In this document: piece after piece, positions 11,408 through 26,372 of the stretch | Numbering within the stretch: the first letter of the stretch is position 1 | How the letters are laid out: every line of letters starts with the position of its first letter | Assembly: GCA_951406725.2 (NCBI GenBank) | Contig: OX597817.1 | Span: forward strand, 87,854,001 to 87,918,000 | Origin: Octopus vulgaris | Taxonomy: Eukaryota | Reading direction: 5' to 3' | Length of the DNA: 64,000 nt | The notes under the pieces: model-generated | Told to the model about the DNA's origin: nothing | The model's input: only the letters and a program-made list of their open reading frames with translations | The model's database searches: none | Made by a program: the position numbers and the translations under genes

Positions 11408-14400
11408 GCCTATGTATGATGGGCTTTTTTCAGTCTCTGTCAACCAGATCAATTTTACCTTGGATTAAACTTTTGTCATAAGCCATCACCTTTTAGTTTG
11501 TTTAAACTTAGAGAATACTTGTATAAAAGGAAGTTATTATGTTAAACCTCCTGCTGCAGTGGAAGTTTAAGATTAGAAGAGGGAAATAATTATTTTACTG
11601 TTTTGTAATCCTGAAAGGAAATTTCTCTCTCCCAAGACAATTTTCATAGCTAAAGTCTTTTCACATTTGAATGTAAACAACTGTGCTAAATATTTGTTTC
11701 AATTAATACTGCTTCTATGTCTCTGTTGATGTAAGATAGGAATTAAAATCTGTCAAAATAGGGAATAGTTGCTGGTGGATTTAAACAAGAAACCACAAGA
11801 TTTAGCTGAGTGAACACTAAGGGGAAATCCATGTAATCAATATACTAGATATGATTTAATTCCTGGTAACAATCTGTTGCTGCTACATGTTTAATCAACG
11901 TACTTCTGTGAATCTCTCAACTACTTTTTTCATTCTCTATCGTTTTGCCTTTAACTACCATTTTCCATTAAAAGTTTGAAATAAAACCATTGATGAGGTT
12001 TGATGAAAGCCAATATATAAACGAGTGATTTGAAATGGTTTACTAAGTAGTTAGGGTCAGCAGAGCATATTTTTAATTTCAGTGAACTGTATGATTTAAA
12101 TGAGTAACAAGGACATATATCAGTTCTTCACTTTAGAAAATGCTGAGTAAGAAAGCAGTTTGACCTTTTAGTAGCATTACAAAGCTGGTAAAGGCCTCAA
12201 GTTAGATTGGAATAGAGTCAGTCATATACCTTAAGTAAATTCCATACAAGAGTTTCTACTTCAGTAACTGAGATAATAGCATGGTTGCTATAAATGATCG
12301 TTGAATGAATGGAAAGAGAAAATTACATGTGATTTTAACAGTGGCATGTAGAGTAGCAACAGAAAAACTGTCCAACATGGCAATAATATCATTGATATTG
12401 ATGTAGTGGAAATTATCAAAACAAAGAACTAGATTTAACTGGTTGATTGATAAAGGCTTTGGTTAGTAAAGATTCTGAATAGGAAGTGTGTTTAAGTTAA
12501 TGTAACATTCTTTTCTACCGTGGTCATTAAAAAAAGGATCAGTTGAGTGTCAGATAGGATACTTCCCAATGTTTGTTCCAGATGTCTGCATTCTGTGTTC
12601 AAATCCTGCAGAGCTCAACTTTACTTTTCATCCTTTTTGGGTTGATATAAAAATAAACCATCCAAGCTAGTAATTTGATAGAATGTTGGACCAGATGTCT
12701 TGCAATATTTCTTCTGGCCTTTTGCATTCTGAGCTTGAATCCCTACATAGCCTATGTGGGTGGTAGACTTAATCTGTTGCCCAGTTTAACACAACCACCT
12801 GGCACCTACGTTAACTCTTGCATATCCAAGGTGCTAGATTATCTACTGTGTTGCATGTATTGAGGCCAGGTTTTTGGTTTGAGGATCTCTTCCTCCCTTC
12901 CCACTGCAAGTCATCAACACTGCCTTTCTTCCTAGCTAAAAAGTTAAGGAAAAAATATAAACAGTCAAAAGAAGATTAATTTTTGGTTCATTCAAGGCAG
13001 TGAGCTGACAGAATCATTAGGATGACAAGCAAAATGTTTAGCAGCATTTCATCCACCTTTATGTTCTGAGTTCAAATTCTGCCAAGGTCGACTGCTTTTC
13101 ATCCTTTCAGGGTCAATAAAATAAGTACCAGTTGAATGTTGGGATCAATTTAATCTACTTATCTCCTCCTCAAAATTACTGGCCTTGTGCCAAAATTTGA
13201 AATCAATAATTGATTCATTCAATCTGTAAAATATTTTAGGAGGGTGGATATTTTATAAATTACCTGTAGAACAGAGTTTGTTCAACTAGTGTTGACAGTC
13301 ATCAAAAAACCACCAAGTGAGAACTTTTCTCTTGAAAGTTACTTAACCTGCCAACATTGCAGCAGATTTTCTCACTTATCTTTACTAGATTAAGGACAGG
13401 TGCTATATGTTCTACATGTTAAAATATGTCTACTTTAAGTGGATTTATCTTTGATATATAAGTAAAAATAATGATAATGAATAAAATATTAATTTGCACT
13501 AAATTAATGAGATACTGTCCTACAGTTTGTAGTTCATCGATGAACCACAAGAGAATGAGACGTCATCATCATCATCATCATATGTCTCTTTTTCTATGTT
13601 AGCATGGGTTGGACAGTTCAACATGAACTGACAAGTGGGAGGGTTGTACTAAGCTCTAATGTCTACTTTGGCATGGTTTCTACATTCTACAGCTGGAAGC
13701 CCTTCATGATACCAACCACTTAGTCACCAAATATCCACAAGACAAAACCCCTCGAGCAAGTGCCCTGCTAAAGAGGTAAATACATGTCTTGCCCATCTGG
13801 AAAGAGAGAGATCTGAGGTCAAGGTGCAAGGTGAAAGTGAAAGAAAGAATACAATAGAGGAACAGAAACTGTGGTTGGGTAAGTAAGTGCACTATGGGGA
13901 AAATAGTGTGACAGATGATTAGAGATAAGGGAGTGAACTGGATGAGTTGAATATCATTTTAGGGGAGGGGGGAGTGAAGGAAAGAAATAGGAGCCGGTCA
14001 AGGGAAGAGGAGATGTCATCATCATCATCATTATCATTTAATGTCTCTTTTTCTATGTTAGCTTGGGTTGGACAGTTAACATGAACTGATATTTGAGAGG
14101 GTTGTACTAAGCATCAGTATTTAACATCCGTTTTCTGTGATGGCATGGGTTGGATGGCTTGACAGGAGCTGGCAAGGCCAGGGGCCACACCTGACTCCAT
14201 AGTTTGTTTTGGTTTGGTTTCTACAGCTGGATACCCTTCCTAATGCCAACCAATTTACAGAGTGTACTGGGTGCTTTTTATGTGGCACCTGCACCAAGAG
14301 ACAGTAATTTCAGGTTTGAGTCCTCTTTTGGCAAGTTAAATTTTAAATCTATCTAGGGGTTGAAATAGATTGAAATAATGAAATAACTAAATAAGAATGA

Positions 14401-14584
14401 TGTTATAAAAAGAGAAGTAATAAAGCAAGAATGTAATCCATTCAAGCTTTCCAAAACTTTCTTTTGCCTTGTTCTTTGATCATAAAACCTTGTCATTTAT
14501 CAAATTTTTGGATATTATTTTTCAATAATTTAAAATTATTTATTTTAAAAACTGTCCATTAACAGTCAAATTTACTTTTTTCAG

Positions 14585-14668
14585 TTTCTGTCAATGTAAC
14601 TCAACTTCTCCTGTTCATGTGTAATTTCATTGTCACACCTATATTTCCTTCAGATATATCTCATTGTG
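14585..14668 (+). CDS. TBC1D32: TBC1D32 internal exon 2 of 9
   Basis: tttttttcAG acceptor, G|gtaagt donor, 84 nt, phase 1-1. Encodes (I)SVNVTQLLLFMCNFIVTPIFPSDISHC; phase fits both neighbours. Confidence 0.82.
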
Positions 14669-15669
14669 GTAAGTACTTAATGCTCTAACATTATTCCATT
14701 TATCACCAAAGTGAGAATTTAATGCCATTTGTGTTTAGATTTAGGAAAACCTTTGTCTTTTAAATCGTACTTGGATCCCACTACATTTAATTTCAAGGCA
14801 TGTTGTATGTTGTTGCCCAGTATGTCTAGTTTCACTGAAACACATATGGATTAGTAAGCAATGTCTAAGAACAAAATACACTTTTCTAGAAGCAATTACA
14901 TGCTTATTTTTAATTTTCCATAACATTTCATTTTAATCAAGGTTAGTGACTTCTGTTTCCTTTATAAGTATTGTCTTGAACATAGTGAGTATTTGCCTAG
15001 ATTTAAAGAATTCCCACAACTAGTTTCAATCATACATACTCTCTGCTAAGATTCTATAATCATTTCTGTTGAAGAGTCATAACTTATATAAAGAACCTGA
15101 TGAGGGTTTCTTGTAAAATTGACCTTGGTTTCTGTGTGTTGAGACAGTGTTCCTATGTATGATTATAATAGCACTGTCAACATTATAAGATCACCTGTGA
15201 CATCATTATTCCTTTAGCATTCTGTCAAATGTAGTAGTTATTATGCAGACTGTTTCCAATTATGTGTCATCTTGTAGCTTTGAAATTTCAATGATGTGAT
15301 TGCATATTTTTAGAATGACATTGTAGGGTAGATGTGAGAGGCCAGATCTGGCTGGTTTGAACATTAAAGAAAGTGACCATTTTGGCCAGATATGGTCTGG
15401 TTTAAATGCTAAAGAGTTAATTTGGTTTATATCCCAAGAAATATGTCTTTCTCATCATTTTCCAGAAGATAACACCTATACAGGGATGGTGTTCACATTT
15501 TGACCTGAATGATGACATCTAACATGACATTTCTATTTTCGTCGGTTAGATATTGACTGTTGTATGTCATCACACTTGACACTGATAGTTCTTCAAATCT
15601 GTGAAGAAATATCTCACAGCAGACACATTTGAAAATCATAATTTAATTTTCACTCTACTTGCAATTGTG

Positions 15670-15835
15670 TTAACTGCACTTGCAGTACATCGCAGCTGTT
15701 AGCTGCACTTGCAATAGGATGCAGCTGTTACTTTAACTTGCAATAAGACGCAGCTGTTAGTTGAACTTGCAGTAGGATGTGGCTGTTAGGTGAATATACA
15801 GTAGATTACAGTTGTTAGTAGAACTTGCAATAGAT
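15670..15835. repeat. 29-bp minisatellite, ~6 units
   Basis: Units like gcagctgttagctgcacttgcaataggat. Confidence 0.85.
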
Positions 15836-16291
15836 TGTCAGTATTGATAAACATGGGAACAACCTTATAATTGTTAGAGAATATCTCAAAGAGCAGAAAA
15901 AAACTCCTGCATCTAAATATACAAGTTCAAGACAATGGGAGAGTCTGTACGTAGTTGTGTAACCAGCTAGAAATAGCAGCCAAATCTCTCCCAAATAACA
16001 CTCTACTGTTTTAGTAAAAGGAAGAAAAAATTGAGTGCTGTTACAAGTTACACTGTATCTGGAAATAAGACATGATGGTCAAGGCTAGAGTGCCTTTGAT
16101 CATAGATGTGGTCAGTCACTGCTGACTTGGAGTTAAATAAGAATAACAGCAATGACAATCATAAAGCAAACTGAAATAGCTCTAAATACTTGTTCATTAA
16201 TTTGTTTATAAGTTGAAACATTATAAACAAAAAAGTAATGTAATTTGTGTTTTATGTCACATGAAGTCATCAGTTCTGTTTTGTATTGTAG

Positions 16292-16434
16292 AGTTAGTTG
16301 ATCCAGCCCAGCTTGCCACAAACATCTTCAGGAACCTTGCCAGCAAAGAGGATGCCTGTGCTGCATGTCTCTGTAAAAATGCCGTTACAGAAAGACTTAT
16401 CTCACCAATATCCCAGTGGCTCATTTACTACAAG
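16292..16434 (+). CDS. TBC1D32: TBC1D32 internal exon 3 of 9
   Basis: ttgtattgtAG acceptor, AAG|gtatta donor, 143 nt, phase 1-0. Encodes (E)LVDPAQLATNIFRNLASKEDACAACLCKNAVTERLISPISQWLIYYK, like recalled [37 protein letters not shown]. Confidence 0.9.
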
Positions 16435-16924
16435 GTATTACACAGATTAGTCAAGATGAATTGATTAAAGCTTAAAGTAAAACTAATAGGATTATTTTAC
16501 CCAAGAAACAGCTCTAGTCTTCATGGAATTAGTCTTTTTGGAATCATTTATTACTGCAAAAACTTTATGAAATACTTATTTGAGTGGATTTGTTAGTAAA
16601 TCTTACATCAATGTAATCTTTCTTCCATTTGACTTGTATGCTTGTACTGTACAGTCATTTGAATTGTTTAAATGTATGGATACATTTAGGATTTACCTAT
16701 GGAGAAAATATATTTAATCCTTGTTTGAGCAGATTAAAGAGAGATCCTTAGTCAAATTTGTTTTGTTTGACTTTTACCTTAAATAATTCAGTTTGGTAAT
16801 ATGGCGAGTGTACAACCACTGACAGGTCTCATGTTAACTGCCAAATGCAGTTTAGATGTCCTAAGATAAGACTAGTTGTAATTTTTAAGTTTATTCTGTT
16901 ATTAGTATATTTTGTAATGGAAAA

Positions 16925-17370
16925 GGGGGCAAAGTGGCAGAATCATTAGCATGATGGGGAAAATGCTTATTGGCATTTCATTCATTGCTACGTTCTGAGT
17001 TCAAATTCTCTACAGTTGACTTTGCCTTTCACCCTTTCAGGGCCAATAATATAAGTACCAGTTAAGCACTGGGTTCAATGTAATTGTCTTGCCTCCTCTC
17101 TTCCAAAATTGCTGGCCTTATGCCAAAATTTGAAGCCAATATTGTAGTTTTGATTAAGGTGGTGAGCTGGCAGAATGATTAGCACACCAGGCAAAATGCT
17201 TAATGGTATTTTGTCCCTCTTTATGTACTGAGTTCAAATTCCACCAAGGTTGACTTTGCCTTTCATCCTTTCAGGGCTGATAAAATAAGTACTAGCTGAT
17301 CACTGGGGTGATCAACTTACATCCTCCCTCAAAACTGTTGGCCTTGTGCCAAAATTTGAAGCCGATATAT
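16925..17370 (+). mobile_element. Two tandem copies of SINE family C
   Basis: A-box-like tggcagaat..ttag, B-box gagttcaaattc, core gactttgcctttcatcctttc.ggg...taaaataagtac (from memory, like a central domain shared across animal SINE superfamilies). Other copies at ~7190-7390, ~10700-10900(-), ~12995-13210, ~58410-58610. Confidence 0.8.
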
Positions 17371-17757
17371 TTTGTAATAGTTCAGGATTATGGATTAGGT
17401 TGACTTTATTATCTCTCACAGACATCTAAGGAACATTAATAGAAAATTTAGAGATATAGATAATATTCAATTAAAATTAAATGATAATTTAATTTTTAAA
17501 TTGTTAATTATATTTATGTAGTTGGAAATTGTGTTTAGAGATAGTGTGGTGCAAATCTCAATCCAAGCTACTACACTGTAATAAATGAAGTCAATTCTAC
17601 TGATAAGAACAAGATGTGTGAAAGAAACCATAACATTTGATGTATTTAGAAGCTACATTTGCAATACTGTCCAAAACTCATTGTATATACATAAATTGTG
17701 CATAAATACCAACATAACTACAACTAGAAATTTATTTCAGAATACAATAAACCAGGT

Positions 17758-18242
17758 AGATAACATTGCTTAAGACGATTTTTGTCCTTGGTAAGCAACT
17801 GTTATTTCCTATTTGCTTTCCTCTAGATAGTATGAAAAATGGCTAATATTTCCTTCAAACTTTGCTTTTGTTACATTTATTCAAACCCCAAAGAATCCTC
17901 CTCAACATATGGTTATGATGCTCTCCCACTAATCCTACTCATTTCATGATCAGCGATGTACATACTGTCAGCCACTATGGGACATGCTCAAGTGGTTAAG
18001 ATCAAGCAAATCTGTGGTATTGCACACAATATTTTTTATAATGATATTTCTGCTTCAGCAACTCAGTACTGAATCTGTCTGAAATGTAATGGAAAATAGG
18101 TCAATTTCAAAACATTGATGTCCAGGTCACAAATGCAAAGTTTGAAGGGAATAGTTATTTCCCTTGATTTCTAGATAAAAGCAAATGGGAAACGACACTG
18201 ATCAAAAACAAAAAAAAATTAATTTTTTACACAGTGTAATAG
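17758..18242. mobile_element. ~480-bp MITE-like non-autonomous DNA element
   Basis: Homologous along its length to ~43482-43980; sub-terminal inverted motifs ttcctatttgct/agcaaatgggaa and ccttcaaactttgc/gcaaagtttgaagg. Confidence 0.7.
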
Positions 18243-19085
18243 AACGGTGTGAGACCAACTAAGAGACAGGGACTTCTAGAGTTACTTACTGTATTAAAGT
18301 ACTGTAAATGAGCATAAGTTTTGTGTTTTTTTAATATTTTACTTGTTTTGGGTAATGGTTGATCAAATTCAGACACAAATCTAACTACTTCCATTATAGC
18401 AGCCACTCAAACATAAAACAATTGATATGTTGTTTGACTGAAGAGTTGAAACCCAAATGAATCCTAATCAAGCAGATCAAAAGTATTCCAGTCATGACTA
18501 ACACTGCTTTGTTACCAAGCATTAGACCACATTATCATACATGACCATCTTCTTTTCTTCTTTTTAAGGTGTACTTTAATGAAGATTTGCTTGCTCTTTC
18601 TAGCAAGTCAGGCAACCACATAGAAGACCTTTCAGGCCTATCAACCAAACAGTAGATTCAGCATGTTAAACCAACAAAGGAACATCTATATAATTGTTTG
18701 ACTTATTCAATATACTAAATAAACCTCTTTACAATCTTGATGGCTACAACACTGATTTAATCTCATTGTGAACTTGCATCAAACTGAGACACCCAATATC
18801 TTACATCTCCATATCTAAGCAACTGATTACTTTCTTCATGTCATTGTTATATTCAAATACATTGACTGTAGCTCTGCAACACCATCTCCAGAAATTAGAG
18901 AGATATATCTTGCCAATATATATGGCAAAGTTTCAATTTATAGCTCTTTGGGCCAGTTCAAAAACCATACATCCACCACTGCTCTTAATTATAGAAAAGA
19001 AACCATATGAAAACAGAGGATAATGATAAATGAATGAAGATGGATGCATTCTTTGCAGTTCTATATATTTTTCTATCTTCTACAG

Positions 19086-19222
19086 GCCAATAATCAACCT
19101 CAAGATATTAATGAAGTTACAGTGGTACAAACAGCAAATATACTCTGCGAAATGACTTTGACTTCCTGTGGAAGGAAACATCTTTTATATGGAGAAGATC
19201 AAGATCTGACAATAAAGTCAAG
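19086..19222 (+). CDS. TBC1D32: TBC1D32 internal exon 4 of 9
   Basis: tcttctacAG acceptor, AG|gtgaat donor, 137 nt, phase 0-2. Encodes ANNQPQDINEVTVVQTANILCEMTLTSCGRKHLLYGEDQDLTIKS, with the G..LLYG motif. Confidence 0.9.
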
Positions 19223-20049
19223 GTGAATTAATTTTTTCTATGTAAATGCCATGTTTTGTCATAGCACTGCCATCATTTTCACTATTATAAAAGCTATAAT
19301 ATATTATATTTATGCAATAGAATATTTCATACAAACTATTGGGCAAGAGTAATATGTGAAGGTGTGTGGCATAGTAGTTAGACTTGTGATCACAAGATTG
19401 CGGTTTCAATTCTCAGGCTTGGTAGTGCATTGTGTCTTTGAGCAAAACACTTCATTTCATGTTTTTCCAGTCCACTCAGCTGTAAATGAGTAACCTTGCA
19501 GCTGTTAATGATCTCAGTCACTTGTACCCTCATAGAAACTGGGTAACCAGCACTGTGAGTCCTGGGGGTTCATATCAGTAAAAAAAAAAAATTGATTACA
19601 GGAAATTTCACTGCCATTAATTCACCTGAAGAAAGTTCACCACAAGGAAAGTTTACTGAGAAAATATATCCATAGTATCTTACCTTTAATAGTTAAAAAC
19701 TATTTTATTTTTATAAAAATGGTGATTTGATGATGGTGAATTTACCTGACATGAAAAATTTAGGGATATAGTTGTTTCTTTTTATTGTTTCTTTACTTGT
19801 ACAACTGATCATGTGAAGGTATGTGACATAGTGGTCAGGACTGAAGCACCCAGCACATTCTGAAAAATGGTTGATATTAGGAAGGGCAACCAGCTGTAGA
19901 AACTAAGCCAAATCAGACTGGAATTTGGTGCAACTCACCTGCTTGCCAGCTCTGGTCAAATCATCCAACCCATGGTCTGGCATGGAAAATGGATGTTGAA
20001 TAAGTTCAATTCCTTTACTGGGTAATACTCAACTGAAAATAAGTACTGG

Positions 20050-21530
20050 TCAAACTACTGCTGTGCTCAGTCTGTCATGGGTGTCTGCTCTTGTCTCTTC
20101 AGTACTGGCTGTAAAGCCACTACTGTGAAAATTGGAGGCATTGGGAGGCAGCCCATGTGAACTAAGATGTTGAAGAATCATGTCAGCATATGCAGATGAC
20201 ATCACTGTCATATTGTTGAACACCAGACACATAGATCTGGTCAGCAATGCTCTAGAAGGATATGAGGTTGTGACAGGAGCAAAAATTAACCATGAAAAGT
20301 TAGTGTGCCTACAGCTCGGTCATCTGAAACCATCATAGGTTGCTGGATGAAGGGACCCATTAAATTGCACAGGGTCTGGTTTGGTTCAGATCTCCAGGTG
20401 GAGAAGAACTGGGATGAGGTGACAAGCAGGGTGGCCAATCTCATGCATAAATGAGCCAAGAGAAAGCTGTCCTGAAACGTTGGGCAGAGGGGCAAATGCT
20501 TACATCATTGCCATTATATATTATTGTCTGACTGTTATGCTTTGCCCCAGTCTACATCTGACCAAACTGGAGTGCTAACCCTTCTACTTTCTGTAGAATG
20601 GACGTGTTCCACTGGTTAGGCACTCCATTTGCTGTCAACACTCACTGAATGGAAAGCTAGGTTTTCCATGGCTGCTAAGTGCAGACATGTGCTGAGGTTA
20701 CGACATCTCCAGTACTTCCATGTTAGTAAGAAGGTATGGTCACCATTTGTCGGACAGGGTTTTACACAGCTCATTTCTTTGACTGAACTGTAGCCCTGGA
20801 TCAAGCATAGACCAAGGCAGAGTGCCTGGCACCTAGAGTGTCATCAGGCACTCACAGTCCTCTATCAATCGGGCAATGTGGTCAATGGAATTTCAACAAT
20901 GGTATTCTGTAGAGGGTTAGTGGTGGGCAAGTGCAAGTGCAACAAAGTTCTCAGGGAGACTCTAGACATCAACAGGAATCACCTAGGTGGACTGTTCTGG
21001 AGGACTTTCAGGCTGAGATCTATGGATAATTTCCAGAAATTTATAGCCTGACAGTAGTACTGGGGGACATTGCTAGTGTAGGCATGGAAGTGCCATCAAT
21101 CAAGCTTGCCTAAGGTGCATACAGAGTGATGAAACTGATCTGTGTGCTCTTGTCCAGTGCCTGGGCATTGCTGACTTGTGGGTTTATGTCAAACACCTGC
21201 CTTTATGTGCAGAGCAGATCCAGTTATTGGCTGAGTTCATTGTGAAGATTGTCTTGCTACTTCCTTTGGCCAGGATAGACTGGCAGCATTTCTTTGCCTG
21301 ATGGTCTGAGCAAAAGAGGTTGTGTGGTGGACAGATTGAAAGAGCTGAAGAAAAATACTTTCTTCTTTGGCCAAGCCCCCATCAACTGCTTTCAGTTTCA
21401 TTTGAAAAGGAAAGTAAGGGCAGAGAGGAAAGTACTGCTTCCCAGCAATTTTGTTTAAAGGTGGGTGAACATTGCAAGAATGGTCTGAGTGAATGGGCCT
21501 ACCCTATGCATGCACTTGTAGGTTGAAGGA
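20050..21530 (+). mobile_element. Decayed Tx1/L1-like LINE, RT and C-terminal part
   Basis: MSAYADDITV (YADD at 20189-20200), then LEGYEVVTGAKINHEK, VWFGSDLQVEKNW, RKLS; many stops and frameshifts. Confidence 0.75.
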
Positions 21531-21574
21531 GAACAATGTGGTGAGGGCACTTGCCCAAGTGGTCAGGGTAACCA

Positions 21575-22612
21575 TGGTTTTGTGAGTGGATTTTGTAGAT
21601 GGAAACTGAAAGAAGCCCATCATTATACATATATGTATATAGGTTAAATAAAATGAAACAACAAAGCCAAAGCAGTGTGAAATTTCTAGGACATTTTATA
21701 TGTATGTATTTGTGTCTGTGTTTGTCCTCCCACCATCGCTTGACAACTGATGTTGGTGTTTATGTCCCCATAACTTAGCAGTTCGGTAAAAGCGTCCAAT
21801 AGAATAAATACTAGGATTACAAAGAATAAGTCCTGGGGCCAGTTTGTCCAACTAAAGGCAATGCTCCAGCACTGTGCCTATAATAATAGGCACAGATGTG
21901 GCTGTGTGGTAAGAAGCTTGCTTCCCAACTACATTGTTCCAGGTTCAGTCTCCCTGCGTGACACCTTGGGCAAGTGTCTTCTACTATAGATTTGGGCTGA
22001 CCAAAGCCTTGTGAGTGGATCTGCTTGACAGAAACTGAAAGAAGCCCATGTGTATGTCTTTTTGTTTGTGTTTGTTCCCTACTACTGTTTGACAACCAGT
22101 GTTGGTGTGTTTACGTTCCCGTAACTTAGCAGTTCAGCAAAGAGGATTAATAGAATAAGTACTGGGGTTGATTCATTTGACTAAAAATTCTTTGAAGTGG
22201 TGCCCCAGCATGACCACAGCCTAATGACTGAAACAAGTAAAAGAAGCTTGCTTCCCAACCACATGGTCCCAGCTTCATTTCCACCGTGTGGAACCTTGGA
22301 CAAGAGTCTTCTACTATAGCTTCAGGCCGACCAAAGCCTTGTCTGTGGATTTGGTAGACAGAAAGTGAAAGAAGCCCATCATATATATATATATTTATGT
22401 GTGTGTGTCTGTCTGTCCACCTACCATTGCTTGACAACTGATGTTGGTGTGTTTACATCCCCATAACTTAATGGTTCGGCAAAAGGGACTGATAGAATAA
22501 GTACTAGGCTTGTAAAGATCAAGTCCTGGGGTTGATTTCTTCAACTAAAAATCCCTTTAAGGCAGTGTTCCAGCATGGCTGCAGTCAAATGAATGAAACA
22601 AGTAAAAGAATA
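21575..22612 (+). mobile_element. Head-to-tail stack of three SINE family A copies
   Basis: Copies at ~21575-21880, ~21893-22222, ~22222-22612, each with gaaagaagccc...ttgacaac...gtaacttag...gaataa(g/a)tact. Confidence 0.85.
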
Positions 22613-25600
22613 AGCTCCTAATAATATTACAAAAATATAATAGGATTTTTTAAATATTGAACAATTTTGAGGGCCCACCCAAGTAAAATTGGAATCAAAA
22701 GGGGTCTATACTTAAAAAATGGTCGAGAACTGGTGGTTTAGTTGAAGTAGCTTGATCAGAGTAACGGAGACCAAGGTAGTTATAGCAGAGACAGAATAGA
22801 AAACAGTGCTTCAGTAGGCAGCAGACAGTTGGTCTGTCTTTAATGTAATGTTCATGTTTACGTCATTACTCACTGTCACATGTTTCAATAATAGTATACC
22901 TGTTTTGTAAACCATCAACAATAATTTAGATTTCTTGTATTCTCTAATTCTAAACAGGAAACTCAAACTTTGTTATGTAGTTTTGACTATTTTATATGTG
23001 CTCCCCATAAATGATCATAGCATTTATAGAGAATATGATATCTTAAGTAGTTGTAGTAATCTTAGTCATGGCCAATGCTGGTGTCAAATAACTGGTACCC
23101 AAGTCAGTAGCCTGTAAAAAACACCTTTCGAGTGTTGAGCTTCATGGAGGCAATGACAAATGACTGAGACTTTTGGCATTATTCTGTGCTTGTGAAGAAG
23201 ACCCATCAAGCCAAGTGAAATTGTAGTCGTAGCAAATACTGGTGTCATGTAAATAGCACCTATGCTGGTGGCACATAAAAGCACCCATTGCACGCTCAAA
23301 GTGGTTGGCATTAAGAAGGGTATCCAGCCATGGAAGCCATGCCAAATCAGACTAGAGTCTGGTTGAGCCTTCCAGCTTGTTAACCCTGGTCAAACCATCC
23401 AACCCATGGACAATGGACATTAAATGATGATAATGATATTTATACATAACAGCCTGCTTCATTCAGTTTCTCCCTACCAAATCCACTCACAAGGCTTTGG
23501 CTGGCCTGAGGCTATAGTAGAACACACTTGCCCAAAGTGCCACACAGTGGGACTGAACCCAGAACCATGTGGTTGGGAAGCAAGCTTCTTACCACACAGC
23601 CACACCTGCACCTATGCTTTTGTTGTCATTTCCCCACAATAATATATCAAGTCAATAATAGAGAGAAGGAAAAGTGTGGGAAACATAAACCGTGTGCTGC
23701 ACCAGAATGTAATAGAATAAACCCTGAGAAAACCCTGACATCAAATACTGTGACAGATTGACCTGGCAGTGCTCGAGGATGACCGAATGTTGTTGATTTA
23801 AGTCCTTTCAAAAGTTAAGAAGAGAAGAGCAATTATTAATTTCCTGTATTTATTGTATTCAATAACATTGGTATACAGTCAACATTTTATTAAAATCTCA
23901 AAATATCATATTAATTATCTCAATTCAAATTGACCTTTAGTCTGTCTTCATGAACCAAAATAAATAATAAATGACTTTGATTGGAATAATTAAAACTTTG
24001 TACTACAATATATTTTCAAAACACATGAATATTGATTTCTCTCATAGAAATAAAGTGATAGATTTGGGGAAGACTGTACATAACTGATCAACCCCAGTAC
24101 TTTTTTTTAAAAGCCTGGTACTTATTCTATCAGTCTGTTTTGCTGAACTGGTAGGGTTACAGAGCCATAAACATACCAACATTGGTTGTCAAGTAGTCGT
24201 GGGGGACAAACACAAAGAGACACACACACATTTATATATATATACACACATACACATTAATATGTGCAAGTATGGCCCCACCACTACTTGATAACCAGTG
24301 TTGGTATGTTTACAGCCCTGTAAATAGAAACATATATATTTTTATATATGATGGACTTCTTTCAGTCTACATCTGCCAAATCCATTCAGCAGGCTTTGCT
24401 CAGCCCAAGGCTATAGTAGAAGATATTTGTCCAAGGTGCCATACTGTGGGACTGAACCTGGAATCATATGGTTTCAAATCAATCTTCTTTCCATACAGTC
24501 ATGCCTGGTCTTTATTGTATTGCTCCTAGAAGGACAAAAATCAAAGTTTACCTAGGTAAATGTGAACTCTGGATATAAAGAGATGTAGTTAAATAACACA
24601 GTTATTTTATTCACAATGCCACTGAATTTGTCAACCACTACACTTCCATAGACATAAATATTAAAAAAGATATTATTTGCTTGAAGGAAAATTCTTATGA
24701 AACACAACAATATATTCTTTTTAAATATCTCTAATTAGAGTTAAGAATGATAAATCCATTCTTCAAAAAAATGTTGAAAAAATCAAAAGTAACACTAGTA
24801 ATGCAATGTTTTCAATGATTCCAGCCACATAAAGAATTATATGCAAGGCTGAGACATAAGTGTATTTAAATTACTCTACACACTGCATGAAGGCACATCG
24901 CTCAGTGGTTAGAGCATTGGGCTTACAATAACAAGGTAGTGAGTTTGATTCCCGGACTGGGTTGTGTGTTGTGTTCTTGAGCAAGAGACTTTATTTCACA
25001 TTGCTCCAGTTCACTCAGCTGTAGAAATGAGTTGCGACATCACTGGTGCCAAGTTGTATCAGCCTTTGCCATCCCCTTGGATAACATCAGTGGCATAGAG
25101 AAGGAAAGCTGATATTCATGGGTGATTGCTAGTCTTCCATAAACATCTGGCTCAGACTTGAGCCTCAGAGGGGAACATTCTAGGTGCAATTCTATGTTCA
25201 TTCATGACCGAAGGGAATCTTTTACTTTTACACACTGCCATATGAATTATGGCCAGATATTCTGTAAAAATTTATACCTAGCAAGAAGCACCAATTAATA
25301 ATACTAATGTGTGTTCAGGTGCACAAGAAACAGTTTCTTTTTATAGGAATAGCTGTGCATTCAGTGCAAAGAAACTTACAGTTTAGTGACTTATTTCATT
25401 ATATATTTAGTGGCAGAGGAAACACATCTTCATTGGCATATACACTACTTAGCTCTTATTAACCTTTGACCTTGTGCTGTTTCATTGATAGACGAATGAT
25501 TATGGGAATGAGAAAAATCAATTTAAATTCTAATCTGCAAAGACCAAGTTCACTTCACTAGGGAGTAGTCTTAATATCTTAAACATTACACTTTCTTCAA

Positions 25601-26372
25601 TTTTCATAACTTTCACCCCTTTGCATTCAAACCATGCCTAGCCCAGCCCAAATATTCTACCAGTTTTATGTTCAAATTGGCCAAATCTAGCTTTTCACAC
25701 CTACCCTACAATGTCGTGCTAAAAATGAATAGGGATATTATTTAAATTTCAAAGCTACAGAACAATGCACGATTAATTCAAAATGTAAATAAATATGCAT
25801 TACATACATTCCACAAAAGAAAGAAATGTCACAAAAGAACGAAATATCACAATTCTTCCTTATTTACAGTTATTTGACTTCCAATCTGTCACAGGCTTCG
25901 TCTTTTCAATGTCTGCTGTTCTACTGCTACTTTAATAGTTACTGTTTCCTCAAACTCATCTGCTTCCCACCACTTACACTCAAAGCTACTTCTGCTTCTC
26001 ACTCTTCACATCCTGCATCTTTTCCCTATTAAATATTTTGTACAATATTTTTCTTAGCATGTCCAGCTATTTTACCAGCAACTAGTAATTTTCATAATTA
26101 CATGAATCGCATCTCTTTATAATTCATTTTGTCTAACCTTTGTTTCAACTCTAGGTTTTCTTCTCACCTCCAATTTAACTGTTCATCTGATAATCACCTT
26201 CCACTTATGCAGTTATCGACTCTACATCTCTAACTCTGTGGCTTCATGCAATGCTAACCTCTCCCAGAACAAGAGCTGTTCTTGAATATCTCATTGTTAT
26301 TTGGCAGGGAGCATTGATGATTGATGACTGTGAGAGAAATAATCTCATCATTCATACCTCTCTCTCTCTCTC

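Noticed and set aside
15670-15835. 29-bp repeats (and the 21- and 40-bp arrays) as CRISPR-like arrays
   Set aside because: Contiguous degenerate units without unique spacers, no cas genes, eukaryotic intron.
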